This document shows positions 18,483 to 28,901 of a DNA stretch of 64,000 nt, piece by piece. The stretch covers positions 4,561 to 68,560 of the forward strand of contig JBFMEB010000006.1 in NCBI GenBank assembly GCA_040753675.1. The letters are read 5' to 3'. The position numbers were made by a program, and so were the translations under genes. This DNA is from Candidatus Omnitrophota bacterium (GTDB lineage Bacteria > Omnitrophota > Gorgyraeia > JAHJTE01). The notes under the pieces were generated by a model. That model ran no database searches, was not told the DNA's origin, and worked only from the letters and a program-made list of their open reading frames with translations. Numbering within the stretch: the stretch's first letter is position 1; every line of letters starts with the position of its first letter.

Positions 18483-19694
18483 ATGCCAAATTTCAGATAT
18501 AAGGTAAGAGACAGGGTGGGTAAACCTATTCTCGGCGTTATCGGAGCTAAGAATACAGAAATGCTCATTGAGTATTTTAAAAGTATGGGCTATACGCCGA
18601 TAACTGTCAGAGAACAGAGAGGCATAGGTATTTTAGAGTTCAGAAGGAAATTAAAAAAAATTACTTTAAAAGATATAAATATGATGACTCGCCAACTGGC
18701 TACTTTTGAAGGCGCGGGTATGCCGATACTTTCTGGGCTTAAAGCATTAGAGGATCAGACAGAGAATTGGCGGCTAAAAGAGATAGTGACAAAGATAAAG
18801 AAAGACGTGGAGGCAGGCAGCGAACTATCTGATGCCTTAGAACAGTTTCCAAATGTATTTTCAAATTTATATGTTAATATGGCCCGGGCTGGTGAGACAG
18901 CAGGAAAGCTTCATGAGATACTACTGCGGCTTGCAGAATTAGGCGAGAGGGATGCCAATACCCAAGCCCAGATAAAATCAGCTACACGTTATCCCTTGAT
19001 TGTAATTATTGTCATTTGTGCTGTTTTTTTAGGCATAACTACTTTTATCCTGCCAAAATTTGCCAATCTTTTTGAGAGATTTAATACAGAATTGCCTTTG
19101 CCTACTCGAGTGATGCTAGGAATTAATACAGCATTCCATAGATACTGGTATATCCTTTTGATTGCAGTTATTGCTGTTATAGTCGGGTTTCGGTTTTTTG
19201 TAAGAAGCAAAGGAGGACGCAAGATTTGGGATGCCTTTGTATTAAATATGCCCATTTTTGGCAAACTAATTCAAGATGTAATTATGGCTAGGTTTTCTCG
19301 CATTATGGGCACGCTTCTTCAAAGTGGCCTGCCAGTCTTAAAAGCCCTGGATATAACCAGTGGCGTCCTTGATAATGTTATTGTAGCCAAGGCATTAGAT
19401 GATGTTAAAGATAATGTTAGAGAGGGAAGAGGTATGTCGCAGCCACTTGCTTTACATAAGGTTTTTCCGCCGATGGTAGTGCATATGGTTGCAGCAGGTG
19501 AAGAAAGCGGAGCGCTTGATTCTCTACTGGTTAAGATTGCTGAGCATTTTGATGCTGAGGTGGAAAGTGCAATAAAAAATTTGACTACCTTGATTGAACC
19601 AATACTTATATTTATTTTGGGTATTATCGTCCTTGGGTTAGCCTTGGCGATATTCTTGCCAATGTGGAATATGTCCAGATTGTTCTTGAAATAA
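18483..19694 (+). CDS. pilC: PilC/GspF inner-membrane platform protein, copy 2
   Basis: FRYKVRD, AGETAG, ATRYP, LIEP..IFLPMW. Confidence 0.93.
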   Translation: MPNFRYKVRDRVGKPILGVIGAKNTEMLIEYFKSMGYTPITVREQRGIGILEFRRKLKKITLKDINMMTRQLATFEGAGMPILSGLKALEDQTENWRLKEIVTKIKKDVEAGSELSDALEQFPNVFSNLYVNMARAGETAGKLHEILLRLAELGERDANTQAQIKSATRYPLIVIIVICAVFLGITTFILPKFANLFERFNTELPLPTRVMLGINTAFHRYWYILLIAVIAVIVGFRFFVRSKGGRKIWDAFVLNMPIFGKLIQDVIMARFSRIMGTLLQSGLPVLKALDITSGVLDNVIVAKALDDVKDNVREGRGMSQPLALHKVFPPMVVHMVAAGEESGALDSLLVKIAEHFDAEVESAIKNLTTLIEPILIFILGIIVLGLALAIFLPMWNMSRLFLK

Positions 19695-19717
19695 AACTGC
19701 AAACTGCAGAAAAGTTC

Positions 19718-19746
19718 TTGACAATTATATATGTAAATGTTATTTT
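19718..19746 (+). promoter_or_regulatory. Putative sigma70 promoter of the major pilin gene
   Basis: TTGACA-17 nt-TATTTT with TG extension; strong SD GGAGGTG follows. Confidence 0.55.
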
Positions 19747-19778
19747 AATTAAAGATAAACTTTGGGGGGAGGTGAGGT

Positions 19779-20162
19779 ATGTTGAAGAGATTAAGAGGTT
19801 TTACGTTAATCGAATTAGTTATTGTTTTAGCAATATTAGCAATATTAGCCGCTGTGGCAATTCCCAGATTCGTGGACTTATCTAAGAAGGCAAGAAGAGC
19901 AACTGCTGAGTCAGAATTAGGTTCTTTGCGCGCCGCAGCACAACTTTATTATGCTTCTGTGGCCCTGAGCGGAAACCCAAGCTTTCCTACTAGTGAAGCA
20001 GCGTTAAGAGCCAGGCTCGACCAAGATATAACGCAATTGGATACAAATACTACTGCAAGAAGCTTTGACTGGGTTTACTATGGAACCGGAACTTCTGCTG
20101 GTAGAGTAGCTAAGACAGGCCCATATACTGCTGGAGGTGCAGGCGCAGGCTGGAACTGGTAG
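19779..20162 (+). CDS. Probable major type IV pilin (MshA/PilA-like)
   Basis: G|FTLIELVIVLAILAILAAVAIPRF; own promoter, strong SD and terminator. Confidence 0.88.
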   Translation: MLKRLRGFTLIELVIVLAILAILAAVAIPRFVDLSKKARRATAESELGSLRAAAQLYYASVALSGNPSFPTSEAALRARLDQDITQLDTNTTARSFDWVYYGTGTSAGRVAKTGPYTAGGAGAGWNW

Positions 20163-20201
20163 ACTTTGGCTTAACAAGAAGTTAATTTATTTTAATCTAG
20201 A

Positions 20202-20236
20202 ACAAAAAAGGGAGAAAAAATTCTCCCTTTTTTTGT
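20202..20236 (+). terminator. Intrinsic terminator
   Basis: acaaaaaagggagaa-aaaa-ttctcccttttttt. Confidence 0.85.
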
Positions 20237-20249
20237 AATTATTCTGAAA

Positions 20250-21116
20250 TTGATGATGGTAAGCGTAATTATTCCCGTATATAATGAAGAGAAAAATCTT
20301 CAGTATGTTATTAGCTCAATAAAGTCAGCGCTCAAGGGTAATTTTGAGCTATTGATAATTAATGATGGCTCAACTGATAAGTCAGCAGATATAATTAGAA
20401 ATAGTGGAGCAGTTTTGGTTAATCAGCCCTATCGCATGGGCAACGGCGCTGCCATAAAACGGGGTATCAGAGAAGCCAAAGGCGATATATTAGTATTTAT
20501 GGATGGGGACGGCCAGCATAAGGCAGAGGATATTCATCGGCTATTAGAGCACATTGAGGAGTTTGATATGGTTGTAGGGGCAAGGACTAATAACTCGAAT
20601 ATGTGTTTACATCGAAGGCTGGCAAATAAAATTTATAACTGGCTGGCTTCTTATGTGACTAGCTTCCGGATAGAAGATTTGACCTGTGGGTTTCGCGCCA
20701 TCAAAAAAACCTTGGCTTTAAAGTTTGTTTATTTACTGCCAAACACCTTTTCCTATCCTACGACTTTAACCTTGGCAGTGCTTAAGACAGGCAGGAGTAT
20801 AAAGTATATCCCCATAACTACTACTGCCAGAGAAGGAAAGAGCAAGATTAACACAATCTACGACGGAGCAGGTTTCTTGTTAATTCTATTTAAGATTGCG
20901 ACATTATTTTCGCCATTTAAAATATTTCTGCCCATAAGTATATTATTTTTTATTTTGGGCCTTATAAATTATGCCTATACCTTTTTTACGGCTCATAGGT
21001 TTACGAGCATGTCAGCCCTTCTTTTTACAACTTCTGCAATTATTTTTATGCTTTCTTTGGTTTCTGAGCAGATTTCGCTATTGAGAATGCAACACAGTGA
21101 AGACAATAGAGAATAG
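20250..21116 (+). CDS. GT2 glycosyltransferase (polyprenol-phosphate sugar synthase-like)
   Basis: VIIPVYNEE, NDGSTD, DGDGQH, C-terminal TMs. Confidence 0.9.
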   Translation: MMMVSVIIPVYNEEKNLQYVISSIKSALKGNFELLIINDGSTDKSADIIRNSGAVLVNQPYRMGNGAAIKRGIREAKGDILVFMDGDGQHKAEDIHRLLEHIEEFDMVVGARTNNSNMCLHRRLANKIYNWLASYVTSFRIEDLTCGFRAIKKTLALKFVYLLPNTFSYPTTLTLAVLKTGRSIKYIPITTTAREGKSKINTIYDGAGFLLILFKIATLFSPFKIFLPISILFFILGLINYAYTFFTAHRFTSMSALLFTTSAIIFMLSLVSEQISLLRMQHSEDNRE

Positions 21117-22626
21117 TTTAATTATAATTATAATTTGTTTTATCTCTTTAGTCTATTTACTTTGCTTAGATACCCAACTCGGTAGTTTTGGCGGTGATAA
21201 TGCTCAATATATCATCTTGGCAAAGGCGTTAAGTTCAGGCCAAGGCTATCGAGCAATAAACTTTCCTCATCAGCCTCCTTACACTCTTGTCCCTCCGGTT
21301 TTTGCTCTAATGCTTTCACCGATTGTGTATTTTTTTGGATACAATTTTTTCCTAATGCATATTTTAATCTTGGTCTTAGCAGCCTTTTCTTTAGTTTTTC
21401 TATTTCTACTTCTTAAAAACAAAGTGAACTTGGCTACAGCCAATTTAATAGTCTTTTTAACTGGCGGTCACTTTCTTTTGCTTACTTTGGCATTAACGCA
21501 GATATTGACCGAAATTCCTTACATCTTTTTTAGTTTAGTTGCTTTTTTTAGTTTTGAGCAATTTATTAAGTTAAAAGAGAAAAAATTTTTTTATATTTTT
21601 GTATGTATAATAGCAACAGTTGCGGCGAGTTTGACTCGAACTATAGGGATAATCATTCCTCTGAGTTTTATAACCCTTGGCTTAATTAAGTTAAAGAAAG
21701 AAGAGAGGGCAAAGGCAGTTATTTGTTTAGGACTTTTGTTGCTCATACCAGGTTTAATTTGGTTTGCCAGAAATATTTTAGTTGCTTCTCCCTTTGAACC
21801 TGAGGGAATTTTTCAGCAATTCTTTATGTTAGATTTATATGATGATGATGCTGGCAATATTGGTTTGACAAATTTATTCAATAGAATTTTTTTTAATGCT
21901 AAGGATTGTGCAGACTGGGCATTTAATTATGTATTTCCGGCATTTATTTTTTCGAAAGTACCGTTACCTTTCTTTGCTATATTAAGGGGATTGTTTATTC
22001 TCATTTTATGTCTGGGTCTCTGGCAGCATTTGCATAAGAAACTGAGCAGTTTAGAGATATACTTTTCGCTTTATATATTCTTCCTGCTTTTTTGGCATAT
22101 CTTTGAGATTGCCCGTTATTTACTGCCTGTGCAATTTTTATTATTTTTATATTTTTTTGAAGGCCTTAAGTATTTGGGCAATTTAAATCTTAAACCAAAG
22201 GCAAAAGGAATCTTGACGACTTTGGTTTATTTAATTATACTTTTAAGCCTTTTCTTGAATAGTATACACACCTACAGGACAATAAAAGACTATTGTTCTG
22301 CCCCAACAGATCATCGTCTAATAAATTTTCTAATTGCCAATAAATGGGTTAAGGCTAATACCGAGAAAGATGCTGTAATCTTGTCTCGCAAGCCTACTAT
22401 TACCTCCTTGTTTAGTGAACGACAGTCTCTAGGCTATCCATTTACCAAAGATGATAAAAGAATTATTGATTATATTAAGGCGCATGCAATTAAGTACATT
22501 ATTTTGGATGAGTATTTTAGAGAATCAGCTCGGTTTTTGGCTGTGGCAATTAAAAAAAATCTGCCTCTTTTTAAACTGAGATATAGGGTTTCTGATACTT
22601 TGGTTTTTGAATTTAAGCCAGATTAA
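21097..22626 (+). CDS. GT-C fold membrane glycosyltransferase (ArnT/PMT-like)
   Basis: Multi-TM; GGDNAQYIILAKAL..GY, LTEIPY, TRTIG, RYLLP. Confidence 0.7.
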   Translation: MKTIENSLIIIIICFISLVYLLCLDTQLGSFGGDNAQYIILAKALSSGQGYRAINFPHQPPYTLVPPVFALMLSPIVYFFGYNFFLMHILILVLAAFSLVFLFLLLKNKVNLATANLIVFLTGGHFLLLTLALTQILTEIPYIFFSLVAFFSFEQFIKLKEKKFFYIFVCIIATVAASLTRTIGIIIPLSFITLGLIKLKKEERAKAVICLGLLLLIPGLIWFARNILVASPFEPEGIFQQFFMLDLYDDDAGNIGLTNLFNRIFFNAKDCADWAFNYVFPAFIFSKVPLPFFAILRGLFILILCLGLWQHLHKKLSSLEIYFSLYIFFLLFWHIFEIARYLLPVQFLLFLYFFEGLKYLGNLNLKPKAKGILTTLVYLIILLSLFLNSIHTYRTIKDYCSAPTDHRLINFLIANKWVKANTEKDAVILSRKPTITSLFSERQSLGYPFTKDDKRIIDYIKAHAIKYIILDEYFRESARFLAVAIKKNLPLFKLRYRVSDTLVFEFKPD

Positions 22627-22632
22627 TTACCT

Positions 22633-23790
22633 ATGAATATATTATTTATAGCCTGGAATTTTCCGCCCAAGTTAGGCGGGATGGAAAATATAGTATTCAA
22701 TATCTATCAGAGACTAAAAACTCGCTTTAATATTGTAGTTTTAGCGCCTTTTGCCAGCAGGGATAAGGAAGAAAATGATTCTGCGATAATTAGATGCCCT
22801 TTTAGAGGCTTTTTAGCTTTTAATTTCTGGATTTTTTACAAAGGACTGCGTCTAATTAGGAATAAACAGATTAATCTGATTTTTTCCTTAAGTTTTCTCA
22901 CCAGCCCAATTTCAATTATATTAGGTAAAATTTTTAATAAAGAAGTAATAACTCAAGTTTTCGGCCTCGATGTAATATATCCAAATTTTTTATATCAACT
23001 AATTTGCCGTTTATTTTTCCCATTGAATAACTTAGTAATTTCCATAAGCAATTATACTAAACAAGAATTGCTAAAGAGAAAAGTAAAGGAAGAAAGAATC
23101 AGAGTAATTTATCCGGGCGTAGATAGCCAGAAGCTGTTTTCTAATGCGAATATCGAAGAACTTAAAATTAAATACCAATTGCAAGATAAGAAGATAATCT
23201 TAAGCGTTTGTAGGTTGGCTAAAAGGAAGGGTATAGCAGAATTCATACTTTTTGCTCTTCCGAAGATTATTGAAGCAGTTCCGCAAGTGGTATATCTGGT
23301 AGTAGGAGATAATCCTTTCCAGGCCATGTTCCATAAGCAGGATGTAATGGCACAGGTTAAGCAGGCAATTACAATTACCAAAGCCGAATCTTATGTGAAA
23401 TTGTTGGGGGGGATAGACCCATATTCTAATATACAGACACTCTCAGAGATTTATAATTTATGCGATGTATTTGTTTTGCCTGTCATCGCTCTTAAGGACG
23501 ATATAGAAGGTTTCGGTGTAGTCTTTTTAGAGGCTAGCGCCGCAGGCAAAGTTACCGTGGGAACAAACGTAGGCGGAATTCCTGATGCAATTGAAGATAA
23601 AAAAAGCGGTATTTTAATTGAGCCGAATGATTATGCCAGATTAGCAGAAGAAATTATTTTTTTACTTAAGAATGATCGAAAACGCAAAGAAATGGGGGAA
23701 TACGGCCGCAGAAGAGTTAAAGATAAATTTGACTGGAGCGTAACGATAGAAGAATATTCAAATACGCTGAACAGACTAACATATGGATAA
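22633..23790 (+). CDS. GT4 glycosyltransferase
   Basis: FPPKLGGME, RLAKRKG, EGFGVVFLEA, GGIPDAI. Confidence 0.92.
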   Translation: MNILFIAWNFPPKLGGMENIVFNIYQRLKTRFNIVVLAPFASRDKEENDSAIIRCPFRGFLAFNFWIFYKGLRLIRNKQINLIFSLSFLTSPISIILGKIFNKEVITQVFGLDVIYPNFLYQLICRLFFPLNNLVISISNYTKQELLKRKVKEERIRVIYPGVDSQKLFSNANIEELKIKYQLQDKKIILSVCRLAKRKGIAEFILFALPKIIEAVPQVVYLVVGDNPFQAMFHKQDVMAQVKQAITITKAESYVKLLGGIDPYSNIQTLSEIYNLCDVFVLPVIALKDDIEGFGVVFLEASAAGKVTVGTNVGGIPDAIEDKKSGILIEPNDYARLAEEIIFLLKNDRKRKEMGEYGRRRVKDKFDWSVTIEEYSNTLNRLTYG

Positions 23791-23793
23791 CAA

Positions 23794-24552
23794 GTGAACA
23801 TTGCAAATTTCGATACCAAGATCAATCGGAGTTTTTATGAAAATTTTTATAGGGGAGGCATTGTTGATAGATCTAGGGTTGAAACTCTCAAACAAAGTTA
23901 CCGTATAGCCTTAATCCGTTCTTTAGCAGGTAATTTAGGTATTGGGGCTAGCAAAAAAGTTTTGATAATAGGATGCGGTTCTGGAGATGACATTGCGGTT
24001 TATAACCATGGCGTGATAGCATCTGATTTGTCTTTTAATGCAATTAAATTGTCGAGGCATCGTTATCCAGACAACAAATATGTAGTGGCTGATTGTAGTT
24101 ACCTACCTTTTAAAAATAATTATTTTGATTTTGCAATTTGCTCTGAAGTAATTGAGCATATTAACAGCCCCATATATTTGCTGTCAGAAGTGTATAGAGT
24201 TTTGCAAGAAAATGGCGCGTTAATTATAACTGTACCGAACTGGTTAAGTTTTTTTGGCGTCGCAAGAAAAACACTTGAATTGTTAGTTGGTCATTCTATT
24301 ACGGCCAATAATCAGCCCATAGATAATTGGTACACTTTTAAGACATTACGGAGGAGATTATTAAAATGCCACCTTGAAATACAATGTATCAGAGGTTGCT
24401 GGTATTTTCCTCCTATAAGTTGGAGGAATTTAGCTTTATTGCCCGACAGTCTCGCTTACCGGATATTAGGAAAATTGATAAAAATAGATAAATTTCTGGG
24501 GAGAAAAATACCTTTTTTGGGACATATAATTTTAGCAGTATGTAAAAAATAA
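23794..24552 (+). CDS. Class I SAM-dependent methyltransferase
   Basis: IGCGSG, LPFKNNYFD, CSEVIEH. Confidence 0.88.
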   Translation: MNIANFDTKINRSFYENFYRGGIVDRSRVETLKQSYRIALIRSLAGNLGIGASKKVLIIGCGSGDDIAVYNHGVIASDLSFNAIKLSRHRYPDNKYVVADCSYLPFKNNYFDFAICSEVIEHINSPIYLLSEVYRVLQENGALIITVPNWLSFFGVARKTLELLVGHSITANNQPIDNWYTFKTLRRRLLKCHLEIQCIRGCWYFPPISWRNLALLPDSLAYRILGKLIKIDKFLGRKIPFLGHIILAVCKK

Positions 24553-24559
24553 GAAATGA

Positions 24560-26605
24560 ATGAGAGATTTTTTTAAGATCTTAAAAGAGTTAAAAGATTA
24601 TGAAGACTATTTAGCAGTGATAGTTTTTTTTATTTTTGTTTTTTTAATCTATTTTAAGAGTTTAGCTACTCCATTTGTATTTGATGACATCCATATGATT
24701 CTACGCAACAGTTATATAAAAGAACTTAAAAATCTGCATTTGCCATTTATTCGCGGCCGTGTGACAAACGTACCCTTAGAGAAAGGAATGTATCGGCCAC
24801 TATTAATGGCGAGTTTTGCCTTTAATTATCTTTTTGGCAGATTAAATCCAATTGGCTATCACATTATTAATATGATGTTTCATTTCTTAAATGCCTCGTT
24901 ATTATTTCTTTTATTTAAGCAGTTATTAAAAAAAGGCTCTTTTTGGCCAGCATTTATTGCTAGTTTATTATTCTTGCTCCATCCTGTAAACAGCGAAGCA
25001 GTAATTTATATATCATGTCGTTCAACCTTAATGGCTTCTTTTTTTCTTTTGTTAGGCCTGCTTTCTTATGCAAAATGGGAAGGACAGAAATTTGATAAAA
25101 AATATTATCTTAGTTTAATTAGTTTTGCCTGCGGTCTTTTTACTAAAGAAGTTATGATTATCTTTCCTTTGATGTTAATGAGTTACGATTTTCTCTTTAG
25201 AAAAGACTCAAAGCGCACTTTTACTGCTTTTATCAAAAGTCATTTCTTGTTCTTATTTATTGCCATATCTTATCTTTTATTAAGGCATAACTTAATCGGC
25301 GCCTTTACTAATTTAAGTTTGAAACGCAGTATTTATGAGAATTTCCTTACGAATTTACATGCCGGTGTTTATTATTTTAAATTATTCTTTTATCCTGTCA
25401 ATCTATGTATAGGTAGATATTTTCCTACCAGTAAATCTTTTTTTGAGCCGCAGATTTTGCAGTCAGCTGGAATTGTAGTTACCCTTGCAGTAATTGCTAT
25501 GGCGGTCTCCATTCGTTACCCAGTAGTTACTTTTGGAATATTTTGGTTTTTTTTAAATTTAGTGCCAAAGTTTATTGCCTCTTTAGCTTTATTAGCAGCC
25601 GAACACCATCTCTATCTGCCGGCAATGGGCATAGTTATGGTTATAGCCTTTGTCTTAAAGAAGATTAATGAGGTTTTGCAAGAGAGAAAATATAAATTGA
25701 TAAAAATGATGGTAGTGATATTGATTTTGAGCTTATTGTCTATTAGTGCAATACTTAGCTATCAGCGAAATGTTGTCTGGAATGACGAAACTGCTTTATG
25801 GCTTAATAATATTAAACATTCTCCTTTAGCCTGGGGGGCTTATAACAATCTTGGCTTACTCGCCTTAGGCAAAGGTAGATATGAAGAGGCGCATCAATAT
25901 TTTATTAAAGCCTTGGCAGGCCTGGAGCGTCTCGCCTCACCAGGCATGGAGATAGATTTGCATACTAACTTAGGAAGACTTTATTTGGAAACTGGAAAAT
26001 TAGATTTAGCCCAAGAAGAATTTTTTAAAGTGCTTGCTCTTAATCCTTTTGTTGCCGAGGCTCATAATAATTTGGGATTGGTCTATGCGAGGAAAGGCCT
26101 GCAAGAAAAAGAGAAAGAAGAGTTTAAATTAGCAATGGAATTAGACCCTTCTCTCGTAGAGGCATATAGCAACTTGGCAATTTCTTATTTCCGAGCGAAG
26201 GACTATCAACAGGCAATAGAACTCTCAAATAAGGCAATTAAGTTAAACCCAGATTACTCTAAACCTTATCTAGTTTTGTCAAAAATTTATGAAGAATTGA
26301 AAGATTTTAATCAATCGATCATTTTTAAGAAAATGGCAATGAATTTAATGCCAACCGATGCACAAGATTATTACGAGTTGGGGCTGCTCTATGGCAAGAT
26401 TGATAATACAAAAGCCATTGAAGCCTTTAAAGAAGCTATTAAATTGAATCCAGAATTTGCTGGTGCGCATAACAACTTGGCAGTAATTTATGCTAATTTA
26501 GAACCTCCCCAGCTTGAGCTTGCCAGGAAACACGCTCAATTTGCTTTGAAATACGGATATAAGGTTAAGCCTCAAGTATTGAGGCAGCTGGGGATTGAGC
26601 CATGA
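24560..26605 (+). CDS. TMTC-like GT-C protein O-glycosyltransferase with TPR tail
   Basis: FVFDD, YRPL, HP..SEAV.YI..R, KE, then TPRs (AYNNLG, AHNNLG). Confidence 0.8.
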   Translation: MRDFFKILKELKDYEDYLAVIVFFIFVFLIYFKSLATPFVFDDIHMILRNSYIKELKNLHLPFIRGRVTNVPLEKGMYRPLLMASFAFNYLFGRLNPIGYHIINMMFHFLNASLLFLLFKQLLKKGSFWPAFIASLLFLLHPVNSEAVIYISCRSTLMASFFLLLGLLSYAKWEGQKFDKKYYLSLISFACGLFTKEVMIIFPLMLMSYDFLFRKDSKRTFTAFIKSHFLFLFIAISYLLLRHNLIGAFTNLSLKRSIYENFLTNLHAGVYYFKLFFYPVNLCIGRYFPTSKSFFEPQILQSAGIVVTLAVIAMAVSIRYPVVTFGIFWFFLNLVPKFIASLALLAAEHHLYLPAMGIVMVIAFVLKKINEVLQERKYKLIKMMVVILILSLLSISAILSYQRNVVWNDETALWLNNIKHSPLAWGAYNNLGLLALGKGRYEEAHQYFIKALAGLERLASPGMEIDLHTNLGRLYLETGKLDLAQEEFFKVLALNPFVAEAHNNLGLVYARKGLQEKEKEEFKLAMELDPSLVEAYSNLAISYFRAKDYQQAIELSNKAIKLNPDYSKPYLVLSKIYEELKDFNQSIIFKKMAMNLMPTDAQDYYELGLLYGKIDNTKAIEAFKEAIKLNPEFAGAHNNLAVIYANLEPPQLELARKHAQFALKYGYKVKPQVLRQLGIEP

Positions 26606-27112
26606 GTTATGGGTTATGTGCTATGGGTTATGAGCCATGTGCTAGGAGTTATGCGCTTTGTGTTATGAGTTAAAATTATACTAATGTATAAGAAAGGAGA
26701 AATATGCAGAGTTATAAAGATTTAGAAGTATATAAAATTTCGCATAAGTTAGCAATCGAAATTCATAAAATGACATTGGAATTACCTTATTTTGAAATGT
26801 ATGAGGAAGGCAGTCAAATAAGAAAATCTGCTAAAGCGATTCCAGCAAATATTGTTGAGGGATTTGGAAGGAAGAAATATCAGCAAGATTACTTGCGTTT
26901 TGTTATTATTGCTCATGCTTCCTGTAATGAGACAATAGAACATTTAGAAATTTTATTTGAAACAGGTTCTTTAAAAGATAGGGATAAATTCAATTATTTT
27001 CTAAAACAATATGATATCCTTGGCAGAAAACTTAATAAATTTATCCAAGCAATCGAAAAACAGCTGGAAATCTAAACACAAAGCCCAAAGCTCACGACAC
27101 ATTAGCCCAATA
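26595..27112. mobile_element. Heptad-periodic inverted arms (ATGNGYT family) enclosing a four-helix-bundle gene
   Basis: Left arm ~10 heptads atgagtt-atgggtt-atgtgct-atgggtt-atgagcc...; right arm aacacaa-agcccaa-agctcac-gacacat-tagcccaa. Confidence 0.8.
26704..27075 (+). CDS. Four-helix-bundle protein (23S rRNA IVS / TIGR02436-like)
   Basis: SYKDLEVY, QIRKSAKAIPANIVEGFGR, ASCNET. Confidence 0.92.
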   Translation: MQSYKDLEVYKISHKLAIEIHKMTLELPYFEMYEEGSQIRKSAKAIPANIVEGFGRKKYQQDYLRFVIIAHASCNETIEHLEILFETGSLKDRDKFNYFLKQYDILGRKLNKFIQAIEKQLEI

Positions 27113-27188
27113 TCCCTTGACTTTTTCTTTTTGCTATGATAAATTCAAAAGATAGATTATTGACTAATTAATTACCTTAAGTGCTTTA

Positions 27189-28901
27189 ATGGCAAAGACT
27201 AAACGAAAAATTAAAGATAGGGCGACATGGCTTCTTACTCTTTATGAGATTGCCAGAGAAGTAAATTCTAATTTAGGTCTTAAGCATTGTCTTAATTCTA
27301 TTATTGATAACACAGTAAAACTTCTTAATGTGGAGAGAGCTTCTTTAATGCTCTTTGATAAGCAGAGAAAAGAATTGAAGATAGAGTCGGCAGTTGGCAT
27401 CAGCGCACAGATTATAAGAAAGGCAAGGGTTAAAGTAGGAGAAGGTGTTTCCGGCTGGGTAATGAAGACAGGAAAGGCACTTTTACTTAATGATATATCT
27501 AAAGATAGAAGATTTCGCCCAAGAGAAAAGGGGAGATATTACAATCAGTCGCTTTTAAGCGTGCCTTTAAAAGCGCGTGGAGAGGTAATCGGGGTCCTTA
27601 ATGTTAATAATAAACGCCGGAAGCAAGTATTTACCAGAGATGATTTAGAACTTCTAAGCGCCTTGGCTAATGAGGCTTCCATCGCTGTATATAATGCACG
27701 GCTTTATCAGCAATTGTTGAGCGTCAATGAACGCCTAAAAGAGTTAGATAGATTAAAGTCTGATTTTGTTTCGAATGTTTCTCACGAATTAGGCACCCCA
27801 TTAGCTACTTGCAGATACTTTACCTCTCTAATGCTAAAAGAATCAGCAGGACCGGTGAGCCAACAGCAAAGAGAATATCTGCAACTCATGGATTCTAATA
27901 TCGAGCGCCTGACTCGGTTGATAAATAATTTGCTTTCTCTTTCTCGGATTGAAGCTGGCAGGTTTGAGTTAAGACGCTCTATGGTAAATGTGGCAAATTT
28001 AAGCAAAGAGGTTTTGCGGACATTTGAAGGGCAGCTTAGCGAAAAACAAATAAACATTGAAGATAAGATTCCCCAGAATGTCCCGGAAGTCTATGCTGAT
28101 TCTGAAAGAATAATTGAAGTTTTTACTAATTTAATTGGCAATGCTATTAAATTTAGCCCTAAGAACAGCGTAATTTCATTAAACGCCGCAACTATTACTA
28201 AAGAATTGTCAGCTGGAGGAGAGAGGAGATATTTACTGTCTAGCGTATCAGATACAGGAAAAGGTATTGCTGCCTCTGACTTAGATAAGATTTTCAATAA
28301 ATTCGAACAATTAAAAACTGACTTACCCCAACGAGAAAGGGGCACTGGTTTGGGCTTAGCCATTTGTAAAGAAATCGTTAAATTGCATAAAGGTGATATT
28401 TGGGCAGAATCGGAATTAGGTAAAGGCAGTACCTTTTTCTTTGCTCTTCCTATATACAACGAGGAAGAATATTTCTTAGAGCGGATTTTAGACGAAATAA
28501 AGCGGTCACGAATTAACCGTAGCCCGGTATCATTAGTTGTTTTAGCTATTAAGAATTTCCCAGACACTAAAGCTGGTTTGTCAGCCGATGAGCTTTTAAG
28601 TTTATTATTTGATTTGGAGACTATTGCCAAGAAAACCGTGCGTCGGCCTAATGATATAGTGATAAGATTTAAAAAAGGCGAGATACTAGCCATCTTAGCT
28701 GATACTCACAAAGAAGGTGCCTATGCTTTGGGCGGCCGCGTAAGAGATATGCTTCAGAACTATGAATTTAAAAGTTCTCGAGGACCGATAAAATTACATT
28801 TTGAAATTGGCATAGTAACTTACCCTGATGATGCGCCTAATGAATTAGAGTTATTGCGTCAAGTGGATAAGATATTGGAAGAAAAAGGAGTCAGACGGTG
28901 A
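27189..28901 (+). CDS. GAF sensor histidine kinase with C-terminal degenerate GGDEF-like domain
   Basis: GAF; SHELGTP H-box; NAIKF, GTGLGL; tail RRPNDIVIRFKKGEILAIL..IGIVTYP. Confidence 0.85.
   Translation: MAKTKRKIKDRATWLLTLYEIAREVNSNLGLKHCLNSIIDNTVKLLNVERASLMLFDKQRKELKIESAVGISAQIIRKARVKVGEGVSGWVMKTGKALLLNDISKDRRFRPREKGRYYNQSLLSVPLKARGEVIGVLNVNNKRRKQVFTRDDLELLSALANEASIAVYNARLYQQLLSVNERLKELDRLKSDFVSNVSHELGTPLATCRYFTSLMLKESAGPVSQQQREYLQLMDSNIERLTRLINNLLSLSRIEAGRFELRRSMVNVANLSKEVLRTFEGQLSEKQINIEDKIPQNVPEVYADSERIIEVFTNLIGNAIKFSPKNSVISLNAATITKELSAGGERRYLLSSVSDTGKGIAASDLDKIFNKFEQLKTDLPQRERGTGLGLAICKEIVKLHKGDIWAESELGKGSTFFFALPIYNEEEYFLERILDEIKRSRINRSPVSLVVLAIKNFPDTKAGLSADELLSLLFDLETIAKKTVRRPNDIVIRFKKGEILAILADTHKEGAYALGGRVRDMLQNYEFKSSRGPIKLHFEIGIVTYPDDAPNELELLRQVDKILEEKGVRR

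Noticed and set aside
26595-26672. Possible CRISPR array or simple VNTR
   Set aside because: Degenerate 7-mers with no unique spacers and no cas genes; has an inverted partner arm at 27073-27112
3207-27075. Diversity-generating retroelement suggested by Avd-like proteins
   Set aside because: No reverse transcriptase and no TR/VR pair with adenine-specific mismatches seen in the window
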